Assembly: GCA_964511965.1 (NCBI GenBank)
Contig: CAZEGF010000008.1
Coordinates: forward strand, 3,497 to 67,496
Length of the DNA stretch: 64,000 nucleotides
Direction: 5' to 3'
Origin: an uncultured Gammaproteobacteria bacterium
GTDB lineage: Bacteria; Patescibacteriota; Microgenomatia; Levybacterales; GWA1-39-11
In this document: positions 44,171 through 53,192 of the stretch, one piece after another
How positions within the stretch are numbered: the first letter of the stretch is position 1
How the letters are laid out: each line of letters opens with the position of its first letter
Notes under the pieces: model-generated
What the model was told of the DNA's origin: nothing
The model's database searches: none
The model's input: the letters and a program-made list of their open reading frames with translations, nothing else
Program-made: the position numbers and the translations under genes

Positions 44171-44878
44171 ATGTCCAATAAAAAGGAAAAAATAGTACTT
44201 TCCCTCGGTGGTTCACTCGTAGTTCCTGAAGGCGGTCTTAACGTAGCTTTTTTAAAAGATTTTAATAATTTCATTCGAAAAAGTCTCAAGAAAAATCCGG
44301 ATTTGCAGTTTTTTATAGTAGTTGGTGGTGGAACAATTGCACGGCATTACCGGGATGCTGGGGAGGAGGTTTTGGGACATGAATTAACTCATGAGGATCT
44401 TGACTGGTTAGGAATTCACGCAACAAGACTTAATGCACAACTGATCAGAACCATATTTCGCGATATCGCACACCCTCATCTTATTAAGCACTATGAAATC
44501 ATAAGAAAAGTTAATGAACCGGTTGTGGTTGCAGCAGGTTGGAAGCCTGGATGGTCTACTGATTTTTGTGCGGTTTTGGTTTGTGAAGATTATGACGTAG
44601 CAAAAATTGTTAACTTAAGTAACATAGATGCTGCATATACGAGCGATCCACGAAAAAATCCGAAAGCAAAAAAAATAGAAACCTGCACATGGAAAGAATT
44701 TAGAAAATTAGTTGGGGATAAATGGACTCCAGGAATGAATGCACCATTTGATCCAGTTGCCTCACGGCAAGCACAAGAAATGGGTCTTACAACTGTAATT
44801 TTAAAAGGAACAAACTTTACAAATCTCACAAATTACATGGAAGGAAAGAAATTTGAAGGAACTGTAGTGCAGGGCTAG
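44171..44878 (+). CDS. pyrH: UMP kinase, archaeal-type (amino-acid-kinase fold)
   Basis: KIVLSLGGSLV, VVGGGTIAR, GIHATRLNA, AAGWKPGWSTDFCA and YTSDPRKNPKA follow the archaeal PyrH pattern. Start reassigned to Met MSNKKEKIV. The listed 44009 start would overlap the DsbA-like gene. Confidence 0.6.
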   Translation: MSNKKEKIVLSLGGSLVVPEGGLNVAFLKDFNNFIRKSLKKNPDLQFFIVVGGGTIARHYRDAGEEVLGHELTHEDLDWLGIHATRLNAQLIRTIFRDIAHPHLIKHYEIIRKVNEPVVVAAGWKPGWSTDFCAVLVCEDYDVAKIVNLSNIDAAYTSDPRKNPKAKKIETCTWKEFRKLVGDKWTPGMNAPFDPVASRQAQEMGLTTVILKGTNFTNLTNYMEGKKFEGTVVQG

Positions 44879-44895
44879 ACTCCGTTCAGGTTAAC

Positions 44896-44990
44896 TTCAC
44901 GGAATTTTCAATTCTCAATTTCCATTTTTCAAAATTGAAAAACTGAGAACTAACTGAAAATTGTGAAATAGGAACTGAGAACTTATAATA
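44896..44990. repeat. Intergenic block dense in 7-mer units aattctc / ctgagaa in both orientations with palindromic sub-structure
   Basis: Read from the sequence. Lies between the pyrH-like gene and the next gene. Confidence 0.65.
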
Positions 44991-44995
44991 AATAC

Positions 44996-45814
44996 ATGTT
45001 AGAGTTTAATCCCGAAGAACTTAAGAAGTTATATATTCCCGCTTCATCTTCTCATAAAGCCCAGAATGGTAAAGTAATGTTAATTGCCGGTAGTAAATTA
45101 TTTCATGCAGCAAGTATCTGGCCTCTCACAACGATTTCCAGAATCGTTGATATGGTTTTTTACGCTTCTACTTCTGAGAATAATGAGATTGTGACTAAGA
45201 TGAAAGAGCAATTCTTAAATGGAATTGTTATCCCTCGTGAAAAAATCGATGATTATATTGCAGAGGCAGATTGTATTTTGATTGGACCTGGAATGCCGCG
45301 GGAGAGCGGTCAGCAAGAAGGGGATGATGACACGAAAATACTCACTGAGAGTCTACTCACCAAATATAAGGATAAAAAATGGGTAGTTGATGGGGGAAGT
45401 CTTCAGACAATAGATCCTTCCATATTACCACCAACAACAATCGTCACTCCCCACAAGGGAGAGTTTTTGAAGTTGTTTGGTGTAGGGCCAACTGAAATCT
45501 CAGTACCTGAAATGGCCAAAAAATATAACATCGTTATCCTTTCAAAAGGTGAAGTTGATATCGTTGCGAGCCCCAACGAAACGGTAAAAGTTAGTGGTGG
45601 AAATGCTGGTATGACAAAAGGAGGGACGGGGGATGTCCTAGCAGGGTTAACAGCCGCTTTATATTCCAAAAATGACGCCTATCTTGCCTCATGTGCTGCT
45701 TCTTATATCAATAAAAAAGCAGGAGAGAGTTTAGAAAAGAGTATGGGGCTTTACTTCAATGCTTCGGATTTATCCGATGAAATACCAAAAGTTATGAAAG
45801 AGTTGCTAGTATGA
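44996..45814 (+). CDS. ADP-dependent (S)-NAD(P)H-hydrate dehydratase (YjeF C-terminal / Nnr2 family)
   Basis: GGTGDVLAGL motif and ribokinase-like fold features. Confidence 0.65.
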   Translation: MLEFNPEELKKLYIPASSSHKAQNGKVMLIAGSKLFHAASIWPLTTISRIVDMVFYASTSENNEIVTKMKEQFLNGIVIPREKIDDYIAEADCILIGPGMPRESGQQEGDDDTKILTESLLTKYKDKKWVVDGGSLQTIDPSILPPTTIVTPHKGEFLKLFGVGPTEISVPEMAKKYNIVILSKGEVDIVASPNETVKVSGGNAGMTKGGTGDVLAGLTAALYSKNDAYLASCAASYINKKAGESLEKSMGLYFNASDLSDEIPKVMKELLV

Positions 45815-46308
45815 CATATGTAAAACAAATTTCTAAAGATACATTTGTTGAGAAAGATTTAGATAACTCATCGACATTTTTTTATGTAAGAGAGCTTCCT
45901 CTGAAATTCAAAATAATTTGTTCAGTATTTTATATAAATGTAATAGTTGCTGCAGTTATTTATCTCTATAGTTCTTCGTGCAGCTTAATTACAGCAAGGG
46001 GATGCGGAGTTGAAGCATTTGGGTGGATGTTATTAATTTCTCCAATTGGGTGGATTATCTATTTTTTTTCATGGGCGGGACTTGGGTCCATCTTTGCAGT
46101 ATTAATACTGGTTCTAGGTGTGGTTGGCTGGGTGTTTTATATTAAAAGAAGAATTTTTGGTCTTGTTGTAGGCTTAATCATTGCTGGATTAAACACGTTG
46201 GTGTGTTTACTATTGGTTATTACTAATCCATTATATTTGATAATGCTTGTTTTTACTATTCTCTTTATAATTACCATAGTTAAAAGTTGGGCTTATGCTA
46301 AGAATTGA
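45811..46308 (+). CDS. Hypothetical membrane protein (4 TM)
   Basis: Hydrophobicity pattern only. Confidence 0.35.
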   Translation: MTYVKQISKDTFVEKDLDNSSTFFYVRELPLKFKIICSVFYINVIVAAVIYLYSSSCSLITARGCGVEAFGWMLLISPIGWIIYFFSWAGLGSIFAVLILVLGVVGWVFYIKRRIFGLVVGLIIAGLNTLVCLLLVITNPLYLIMLVFTILFIITIVKSWAYAKN

Positions 46309-46347
46309 ACTCACCAGCGATATTCCACTGGCAAGGAAAGATGTTGT

Positions 46348-47394
46348 TTACAATTCGATAATTTCTACATCTTCCTTGTCTAAAATCTTTTTAGGGACGA
46401 ATTCTTTGTGAGTAGTTGTTAAGATTGTCTGCTGATGGGGCAGTAGATCAAGGACTCTATGAATATTTGTGTTATCAAGTTCAGAAAAGATATCATCCAA
46501 AAGTAGGGTATGAGTGACGTTTGTTTTTTCCTTTATATAAAAAGTTTCAAGGATTTTCATTTGAAAGATGGTAAGACGCTGTTCTCCACGAGATCCAAAT
46601 TCGGAAATTGGCTTTTCCGTTCCTTCAAACCGAAAGAAAAAGTCATCCCTATTGGGCCCGACAAGTGTTGTAGCTGTCGCTCGCTCAGCATCATGGTACT
46701 TATCTAGCCGCTCACGAGAAATCGTACTTTTATCATAAAAAATAGTGAATGGGAAAACTTCTTTCTTGTGCTCATTAATGTACTTTACAAGTTGTTCACG
46801 AAAGTCGGTTATTATTCCTCCATTGATTATCAAAATATTGTCCCAATACTCAAAATCAGCAGGAGAAAAATACTTTTTTCCTTCGCGAGTAAGCCACAAC
46901 ATACGGTTTCTTTGCCTCAAAGCTTTATCATAAATACCAATGCTCATACGATATTTTTTGTCAGTTTGGGATAATACAGAGTTAATGTAATTGCGTCTTA
47001 GTGAAGGGGAATCAGTTATGATTTCTAAATCCTCAGGGGTAAAAAGAACAGATGGAAAGCGTGAGGTAAAATCTATTTGACGACGGGCTACATTATTTAC
47101 TAAAAATTTCTTTGAAAATCTATTCTCTTTAACTGCAAGTATTCCAGTAAGCGCTACCGTTCCATCTTCTTCTGTCACCTTTGCCTCAATTCTGGCAAAA
47201 TCATGTCCCTCGGTTATGATATCCATATCCCTCTCTGCTTTAAAACTTTTGCCATGGGACAAAAATTGGATTGCCTCTAAAATTGAGGTCTTACCAACGG
47301 TATTTCGACCTATGATTACGGTGGTTAATGGGAAGGTGAAAGTTGCGTTTTTGTGATTTCTAAAGTTCTTGAGTTTGAGAGATATAAGCGACAT
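46348..47394 (-). CDS. recF: DNA replication and repair protein RecF
   Basis: N-terminal L.L.NFRN + Walker A GRNTVGKTSILEAI. C-terminal signature/Walker B LLLDDIFSELD. Confidence 0.8.
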   Translation of the reverse strand: MSLISLKLKNFRNHKNATFTFPLTTVIIGRNTVGKTSILEAIQFLSHGKSFKAERDMDIITEGHDFARIEAKVTEEDGTVALTGILAVKENRFSKKFLVNNVARRQIDFTSRFPSVLFTPEDLEIITDSPSLRRNYINSVLSQTDKKYRMSIGIYDKALRQRNRMLWLTREGKKYFSPADFEYWDNILIINGGIITDFREQLVKYINEHKKEVFPFTIFYDKSTISRERLDKYHDAERATATTLVGPNRDDFFFRFEGTEKPISEFGSRGEQRLTIFQMKILETFYIKEKTNVTHTLLLDDIFSELDNTNIHRVLDLLPHQQTILTTTHKEFVPKKILDKEDVEIIEL

Positions 47395-47413
47395 GTCGCT
47401 AATATATCATAAT

Positions 47414-47740
47414 TTATTTTTTCTCTTCTTTAGCCTCGAGCCGGCGGAGAACTTTGGATAATTGATACGTTACAAGGACAGCAATAATAGTTATGACAAC
47501 CGCATAAATGGCAAGTGATGTTATTTTTCCGCCCCCTGGAAGCCACTTTTTGATATATGTATCTACAAATTCTTGTATAAGAGAGTTCCAGGCAAGTGCT
47601 GCAACAAGTCCAAAAGCAGCAGTTGCTAAAGTCAGCATTTGCCTAACTAATTCGATGGTGAATTTGAGGTTTGAAGTTTTAAGTGCGGCCATACCTTGAT
47701 ATAATACTACAAGTAAATAAATATACAACTGACTAATCAC
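47414..47740 (-). CDS. Small membrane protein (2-3 TM), hypothetical
   Basis: Hydrophobicity only. Confidence 0.3.
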   Translation of the reverse strand: MISQLYIYLLVVLYQGMAALKTSNLKFTIELVRQMLTLATAAFGLVAALAWNSLIQEFVDTYIKKWLPGGGKITSLAIYAVVITIIAVLVTYQLSKVLRRLEAKEEKK

Positions 47741-47766
47741 TATTTACTAATCACTATTCACTAAAT
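47732..47766. repeat. 7-nt tandem repeat, 5 units (actaatc / actattt / actaatc / actattc / actaaat), reverse complement of the 7891 family, abutting the Fic start codon
   Basis: Read from the sequence. Confidence 0.8.
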
Positions 47767-47767
47767 T

Positions 47768-48802
47768 ATGTATCGTCCAGCCTTTTCAATTACAAATAAA
47801 ATTCTAAAAAATATCGGCGAGATAGAAGCCGCAAAGGAAGTTATTGAGCACGCCCCCCTTTTGCCTTATTGGGAAAAAAGATTTCAGGATGAGGCTATTC
47901 TTCGCACAACTCATTACGGAACGCACATAGAGGGAAATGAACTCTCCTTGACGCAGGTACAAAAAGTGCTTGATGGTGAAAGGGTTGTTGCGCGTGACCG
48001 TGATGTTCAAGAGGTTATTAACTATAGAAAAGTTGTCGAATACATAGGGGACAAAAAAAATATAACAATCGACGAAGGAACAATTCTTGATCTTCATAAG
48101 CTTGTTGTTGAGAAAATTTTAGATGAGGATGTTTCTGGAAAATACCGCGAGAAAGAAGTTGTTATACGAAATAGCATAACGGGGGACGTTTCTTTCCGTC
48201 CACCTCACGCTGTTGAAGTAGAGTGGCAGATGAAAGATCTTATCGAATTTATACATGAGGAAAAAGAAATCCACCCCGTACTAAAGGCTGGGATTGTTCA
48301 CTATGAATTTGTACGCGTTCATCCTTTTTTGGATGGGAACGGAAGAGTAGGAAGAGCACTTTCGATGTTGGTTCTTTTTTCAGATGGGTATGATATCCGT
48401 GAATTTTTCTCTCTTGAGGAGCATTTTGACCGAAATGCAGAGGAATATTATAAAGCGCTTCAAAGTGTTGCTATGCACAATGGGGATGTTACCTTCTGGC
48501 TTGAATATTTTACGCAGTGTCTTGCTATTGAACTTTCAAAGATAAAAGAAAAAATTGAGCATATCTCAATAGATAGCAAGCTCAAAGAAAAACTCGGAGG
48601 CGCACCGGTTATGCTTACTGAGCGTCAACTAAAACTCATAGAATACATGCAGGAGATCGGATATCTAGAAAATAAATCATTTTCGAGCCTTTTTCCTGAT
48701 ATATCAGAAGATTCTGTTCTTCGTGAGGTACAAGATTTGGTAAAAAAAGGTATAATCGTCAAGAAAGGAAAGACCAAAGGAGTTAAATATTTAATGGCAT
48801 AG
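47768..48802 (+). CDS. Fic/DOC-family protein (AMPylase-type) with Fic_N-like N-terminus and C-terminal winged-helix-like domain
   Basis: Canonical Fic motif HPFLDGNGRVGR. N-terminal THIEGN, an inhibitory-helix-like motif. C-terminal basic wHTH-like VQDLVKKGIIVKKGKTKGVKY. Confidence 0.75.
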   Translation: MYRPAFSITNKILKNIGEIEAAKEVIEHAPLLPYWEKRFQDEAILRTTHYGTHIEGNELSLTQVQKVLDGERVVARDRDVQEVINYRKVVEYIGDKKNITIDEGTILDLHKLVVEKILDEDVSGKYREKEVVIRNSITGDVSFRPPHAVEVEWQMKDLIEFIHEEKEIHPVLKAGIVHYEFVRVHPFLDGNGRVGRALSMLVLFSDGYDIREFFSLEEHFDRNAEEYYKALQSVAMHNGDVTFWLEYFTQCLAIELSKIKEKIEHISIDSKLKEKLGGAPVMLTERQLKLIEYMQEIGYLENKSFSSLFPDISEDSVLREVQDLVKKGIIVKKGKTKGVKYLMA

Positions 48803-48818
48803 GCGAAGCCTGTGCCAC

Positions 48819-49346
48819 ATGATGGCAAAACATATGGAAGTAACAGATGGGATAGATAAAGATAGAGAGAAATTTGATACTCATAGATACCTTGCACCAG
48901 CAGAGCATGTTGTAATTGGTAGTACTGCAAAGGTAGGAGATGGTACTTTTGCAAGCGTCGATTTTTTTAGAATGATTAGTGAAGGTGGAATGTCTGAAGA
49001 ATACAGAAAGCCACCAGCAGTAAAAGATGGAAGCGTAGAGAATGCAAATAACGCGAGGAAAAAGGCTTATCTTGCTGGAGCACTATCCCCATTTACAGTC
49101 GATCAGATTGATATAATGTTTGACTATCCACATACATCTCAAGCTTTTTTTCCAGGGGAGCTTGACGAGGAAGGGCTAATTGGCGACAGTTTTAAAGTTG
49201 CAATAGTTGACACAGATACCGATGAAATTGTCCACCCAGAACTTTTAGATAAGCTCGTATTGGCAGGAGAATGGAAAACAACGCATGAAATTAAGCATAA
49301 TGACGATCATATAATGATAGCTCCAATAGTCCCAATATTTAAATGA
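48819..49346 (+). CDS. Hypothetical protein (175 aa, acidic), no recognisable motif
   Basis: Intact ORF between Fic and the ligase. 4-nt overlap with the ligase start. Confidence 0.4.
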   Translation: MMAKHMEVTDGIDKDREKFDTHRYLAPAEHVVIGSTAKVGDGTFASVDFFRMISEGGMSEEYRKPPAVKDGSVENANNARKKAYLAGALSPFTVDQIDIMFDYPHTSQAFFPGELDEEGLIGDSFKVAIVDTDTDEIVHPELLDKLVLAGEWKTTHEIKHNDDHIMIAPIVPIFK

Positions 49347-51127
49347 CATTTAAAGACTTTTCCATCTATCTCCAAAAGCTAGAAAAGACTGCGTCACGAA
49401 ATGACATGATTCTACTCCTGGCAGAACTTTTTAAAGAAGTGCCAGCAAATGACTTTGATAAAGTTATGTATCTTTTGCAGGGCAGGGTGGTTCCTTTATA
49501 TGTTAATGTCGAATTTGGCATGGCCGATAAGATGATAATAAAGGCCCTATCAGTTGCATATGAAATTGATGAAAAATCAGTTTCAGTGGATTTTAAGAAA
49601 ATTGGAGATATCGGAGAGCTAGCGGAACTGCTAGCATCGAAATTCTCAAATCTCAAGTCTCAAATCTCAATTTCAGAGGTTTACAGCGAGTTAGAAAAGA
49701 TTGCAAAAATAAGCGGTGAGGGAAGTGTTGAACAAAAAACTAATACACTATCCAATTTACTCAAATCAGCAGATCCTCTATCCTGCCGATATATTGCGCG
49801 AATTCCGGTCGCCAAATTAAGACTTGGTTTTTCTGACATGACGGTTTTGGATTCTTTGTCCTGGATGCTAAAGGGAGACAAATCGCTTCGTCCTATAATT
49901 GAAAAGGCATACAACATAAGACCAGACCTTGGATACATCGGCAAGTTGATAAAAGAAAAGGGAGTAGAGGGTCTTAACTCTACAAAACCTACTGTTGGCA
50001 CACCAGTTCTTATGGCACGTGCTGAAAGGCTTTCATCTGGTCAAGAAATAATAGACAAAATTGGTGAGTGTGCAGTTGAACCAAAATTTGATGGTTTTCG
50101 TATACAAGCACATTTTAAGAGGTCAAAAGTCAGTGGTCAGAAGTCAGAAGTGACTCTCTTTACCCGTGGACTTGAGGAAGTAACTTTTATGTACCCAGAT
50201 ATTGAGGCGGGAATTATTGAACAGGTGAAAGCAGACGAGGCAATTTTTGAAGGGGAAGCAATCGCATATAATCCTACTACCAACGAATATCTTCCTTTTC
50301 AACTTACTTCGCAGCGAAAAAGAAAATACGATATTGAGGAAATGGCCAGAAAAATACCCCTCAAGTATATGGTTTTTGATCTACTTTATTTAGATGGAAA
50401 GAATATGATTTCAGAAACTTACGAAAAGAGGAGAGCTGGGTTTAAAAACTTGATGAACGAGGGTGCAGTTCTTTATCCTTCCGATGAAAAGAAATTCTCG
50501 AACGGGAAAGAAATCGAGAACTATTTTGACAAGTGTATTGCTGATGGTCTTGAAGGTATTCTTGCTAAAAAGCTTGATGGATCATATCAGGCAGGGGCAA
50601 GAAGCTGGAATTGGATCAAGTTAAAAAGGTCATATCAGTCAAAACTTGACGACACTATAGATTGTGTTGTGATGGGCTATTATTATGGCCGAGGAAAAAG
50701 GACGAGCTTTGGAATTGGTGCATTTCTTATCGGAATTTATGATGAAAAGCAGGATAAATTTATGACAATAGCAAAAGTTGGAACCGGGCTTACTGATGAG
50801 GAGTGGAAGGAATTGGCCAAAAGAGGGGATAAACTAAAATCCAAAACAAAACCCGCACTTTATGAGGTTGATAAGTGGTTGGAGCCTGATGTTTGGATAA
50901 CGCCTGAAATTGTAGTTGAGATACGAGCTGATGAATTGACACGTTCCCCTATACATACTGCGGGAAGGCTTATGAAGGCCTCAAAATCGGGCTCTGCTTT
51001 CGATGTAGACGTTGCTGGTTATGCTCTTCGATTCCCGCGGCTTGAGCGTTTTCGCGACGACAAAAAACCGACTGACGCAACCACTTTAAAAGAAGTAGAG
51101 GAGATATTCAAACTGCAGAAGAAATAA
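49343..51127 (+). CDS. ATP-dependent DNA ligase (archaeal/eukaryotic Lig-type with N-terminal DNA-binding domain)
   Basis: Adenylation motif I EPKFDGFR (KxDG). Motifs III-V recognisable (e.g. EGIL(A)K). OB-fold C-terminus. 594 aa. Two in-frame heptamer-repeat insertions. Confidence 0.8.
   Translation: MTFKDFSIYLQKLEKTASRNDMILLLAELFKEVPANDFDKVMYLLQGRVVPLYVNVEFGMADKMIIKALSVAYEIDEKSVSVDFKKIGDIGELAELLASKFSNLKSQISISEVYSELEKIAKISGEGSVEQKTNTLSNLLKSADPLSCRYIARIPVAKLRLGFSDMTVLDSLSWMLKGDKSLRPIIEKAYNIRPDLGYIGKLIKEKGVEGLNSTKPTVGTPVLMARAERLSSGQEIIDKIGECAVEPKFDGFRIQAHFKRSKVSGQKSEVTLFTRGLEEVTFMYPDIEAGIIEQVKADEAIFEGEAIAYNPTTNEYLPFQLTSQRKRKYDIEEMARKIPLKYMVFDLLYLDGKNMISETYEKRRAGFKNLMNEGAVLYPSDEKKFSNGKEIENYFDKCIADGLEGILAKKLDGSYQAGARSWNWIKLKRSYQSKLDDTIDCVVMGYYYGRGKRTSFGIGAFLIGIYDEKQDKFMTIAKVGTGLTDEEWKELAKRGDKLKSKTKPALYEVDKWLEPDVWITPEIVVEIRADELTRSPIHTAGRLMKASKSGSAFDVDVAGYALRFPRLERFRDDKKPTDATTLKEVEEIFKLQKK
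49642..49676 (+). repeat. 7-nt tandem repeat (attctca / aatctca / agtctca / aatctca ...) in frame inside the ligase N-domain, encoding FSNLKSQISIS
   Basis: Read from the sequence. Confidence 0.8.
50122..50149 (+). repeat. 7-nt tandem repeat (gtcaaaa / gtcagtg / gtcagaa / gtcagaa) in frame inside the ligase, encoding SKVSGQKSEV
   Basis: Read from the sequence. Confidence 0.75.
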
Positions 51128-51129
51128 TG

Positions 51130-51396
51130 TTAATCGAAAGATAGTCCGTAGTTTCCATTTGAGATAATTAGTGTTTGATTATCAATTAGTTCTTGAAACC
51201 CTAAATCAATATCTCGACGTGCCACATTAGAATTTTCCGCAACAACCATAATTGGGTCTTTATCAGGGGAATTTGCAACTGCGCTCATCACGAGTTCAAG
51301 AATCCCATTTCTCGCGTCTTCAGTTTGATCGAGATAGTGCAAACTCGGAGGTTTATATCCATCTAAGATAAGTTTTTCTTCGGATTCACCAGACAT
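51130..51396 (-). CDS. Hypothetical small protein (88 aa)
   Basis: ORF only. Confidence 0.25.
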   Translation of the reverse strand: MSGESEEKLILDGYKPPSLHYLDQTEDARNGILELVMSAVANSPDKDPIMVVAENSNVARRDIDLGFQELIDNQTLIISNGNYGLSFD

Positions 51397-51440
51397 AAGG
51401 TTAGTATAATTGAGTTTTATTGATAATCAATAGTATTTTT

Positions 51441-53174
51441 TCACCAGCTTCCGCCGCCGCCTCCACCACCTCCACCACCAGATGATCCTCCGGAAAAACC
51501 AGATCCTGAAGAAGAGGGTGGGGTTGATGAGACTGCAAAATTTGAATAGGAATTTGAAAGACTGTTTGCAAATATGATGGTATTAAAATGTGTAGAAGAT
51601 GTCTCTTCATACCAATCTGGATTTTTTAGATCAAAGTCTGCAAACCTTTTTGCCCACTGTTTCTCAACGCCAAAAGCCATGGCATATGGCAATAATTTTT
51701 CAAATAGCATCTGCTTTTCTCCCTGAAAATTAAGCTGCCTCTCTTGAGATGTCAGAAAGTTTTTAAGACCTTGCGCTTGTTTTGCGGTTTGGGCACCCAA
51801 AAGCGTTTTCCTAGGCATGACACGGCCAAACACAAAAGCTATAAATGCCATAACAAAATTAAAGGTGAAAAGACCAAGACTTCCGAGTACATAATATTTT
51901 GCCCGGGTAGTATTTGGATTTTCGGTAAAATAACCATGTTTGACTAAAAGTGAGTAAAGTTCTTTCTGAACAGCAGCAGTGGTTGTGTAGATTTTTACTT
52001 TCTTAAGTTCCACATCTTCTCCATCCTCAAACAATCCGTCATATAGCGTTTGTTCAAAGGGAAGAAGTGAATCTTTTTTCTTTGGGACGTCTTTTAAGAG
52101 ATGAAACTCTTTGTTTTTAGGTTCTGAAATTTTAAGATACCCCCGTCTTGCAAGATCAATTATGGATGAGAAAATATCGCGGTTATTTACCGTTTCATCT
52201 ATTAAAGCTCCAGTTTCAGCCGGCGTTAGGAACCTTTTCCCAACTTTTGGTGGGTCAAAAGTTGCTCTTACAGCAATTCCAACTTCCGGATCACGGCCAT
52301 GCCTATACCACTTTAAGATCAGATATACCGGTAGCACTATATACCAAAGGAAAGCGGCAATTAGAATTCCAAGGAGAGTTAATTTTCCATACCACCTATC
52401 AAAAAATGGAACAAAAACTTCAGGTTTTAGTACTTCAACAATTCCTTTTGGAAAGCCTTCAACAAATGTTAGCCCTTCTGAGGAATTGAGAAAGAGGGTA
52501 GTTGTAAAAGTAGCAGTTGTGCCATCAGTTGAGCCTGTGCAATTATGTTTGGTTGAACCATTTGGACCTGTATAGCACAAAAGTTTTATTTGTTCTGTTG
52601 TTAATGTTTGTGGCAAAGTAATCGTTGCAGTCGCTTTTTTTATTGGTACATCCCAACCGGTACCTGTAACATTCCAATACAATTCATCGTGATCGGAAAA
52701 ATACCCTAACTCTCCACGCGCTTCATAAGAAATGATGTATGTGTGTTCTCCTTCGATGGTGCGATTTGGGTCACCGATTTTAAGTACCCATTGCTCTCCA
52801 CTTTTAGAAGTAGATAAAGTATATTTTTTGCCTTTTTCATCTCTTACTTTGTCAAATTTGAAGGCGACATCATACCTTTTTCCATTATCATATTTTGTGA
52901 ATGGGATGTTCCGGTAAATTCCATGCCGAGGATAATCAAAGAAATATTTAATAGTTTCAGTAACTTTAATTGATCCGTCTTTTTGAACAAGAATGTTTGA
53001 TTGAAAGTCCTCAATCCTCTCCCCAGTAGCGCTATTATTGATCGTTTCCATTGTTTGTTTTTCAAGTTCAGACTGGGAATTTATTTCAAAAGCATGAACC
53101 GGTTTAACAAGCAAAAAGTAAAAAGCAAAAAGCAAAAAGATAATTTTGAATAGATATTTCATAGATTGCTTCAT
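51441..53174 (-). CDS. DUF2207-family membrane protein (signal peptide, large extracytoplasmic N-domain, TM segments, C-terminal Gly/Ser-rich tail ending GGGGGGGGGGSW)
   Basis: Architecture and poly-Gly tail typical of DUF2207 proteins. The signal-peptide core FLLFAFYFLL is encoded by a heptamer repeat. Confidence 0.55.
   Translation of the reverse strand: MKQSMKYLFKIIFLLFAFYFLLVKPVHAFEINSQSELEKQTMETINNSATGERIEDFQSNILVQKDGSIKVTETIKYFFDYPRHGIYRNIPFTKYDNGKRYDVAFKFDKVRDEKGKKYTLSTSKSGEQWVLKIGDPNRTIEGEHTYIISYEARGELGYFSDHDELYWNVTGTGWDVPIKKATATITLPQTLTTEQIKLLCYTGPNGSTKHNCTGSTDGTTATFTTTLFLNSSEGLTFVEGFPKGIVEVLKPEVFVPFFDRWYGKLTLLGILIAAFLWYIVLPVYLILKWYRHGRDPEVGIAVRATFDPPKVGKRFLTPAETGALIDETVNNRDIFSSIIDLARRGYLKISEPKNKEFHLLKDVPKKKDSLLPFEQTLYDGLFEDGEDVELKKVKIYTTTAAVQKELYSLLVKHGYFTENPNTTRAKYYVLGSLGLFTFNFVMAFIAFVFGRVMPRKTLLGAQTAKQAQGLKNFLTSQERQLNFQGEKQMLFEKLLPYAMAFGVEKQWAKRFADFDLKNPDWYEETSSTHFNTIIFANSLSNSYSNFAVSSTPPSSSGSGFSGGSSGGGGGGGGGGSW
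53111..53138. repeat. 7-nt tandem repeat (gcaaaaa / gtaaaaa / gcaaaaa / gcaaaaa) encoding the hydrophobic core of the DUF2207 signal peptide on the minus strand
   Basis: Read from the sequence. Confidence 0.75.
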
Positions 53175-53192
53175 TTCACTCGCAATGACTGT

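Noticed and set aside
47414-47740. MscL-like assignment for the 108-aa membrane protein
   Set aside because: Only a vague hydropathy resemblance. The conserved MscL N-terminal motif is absent.
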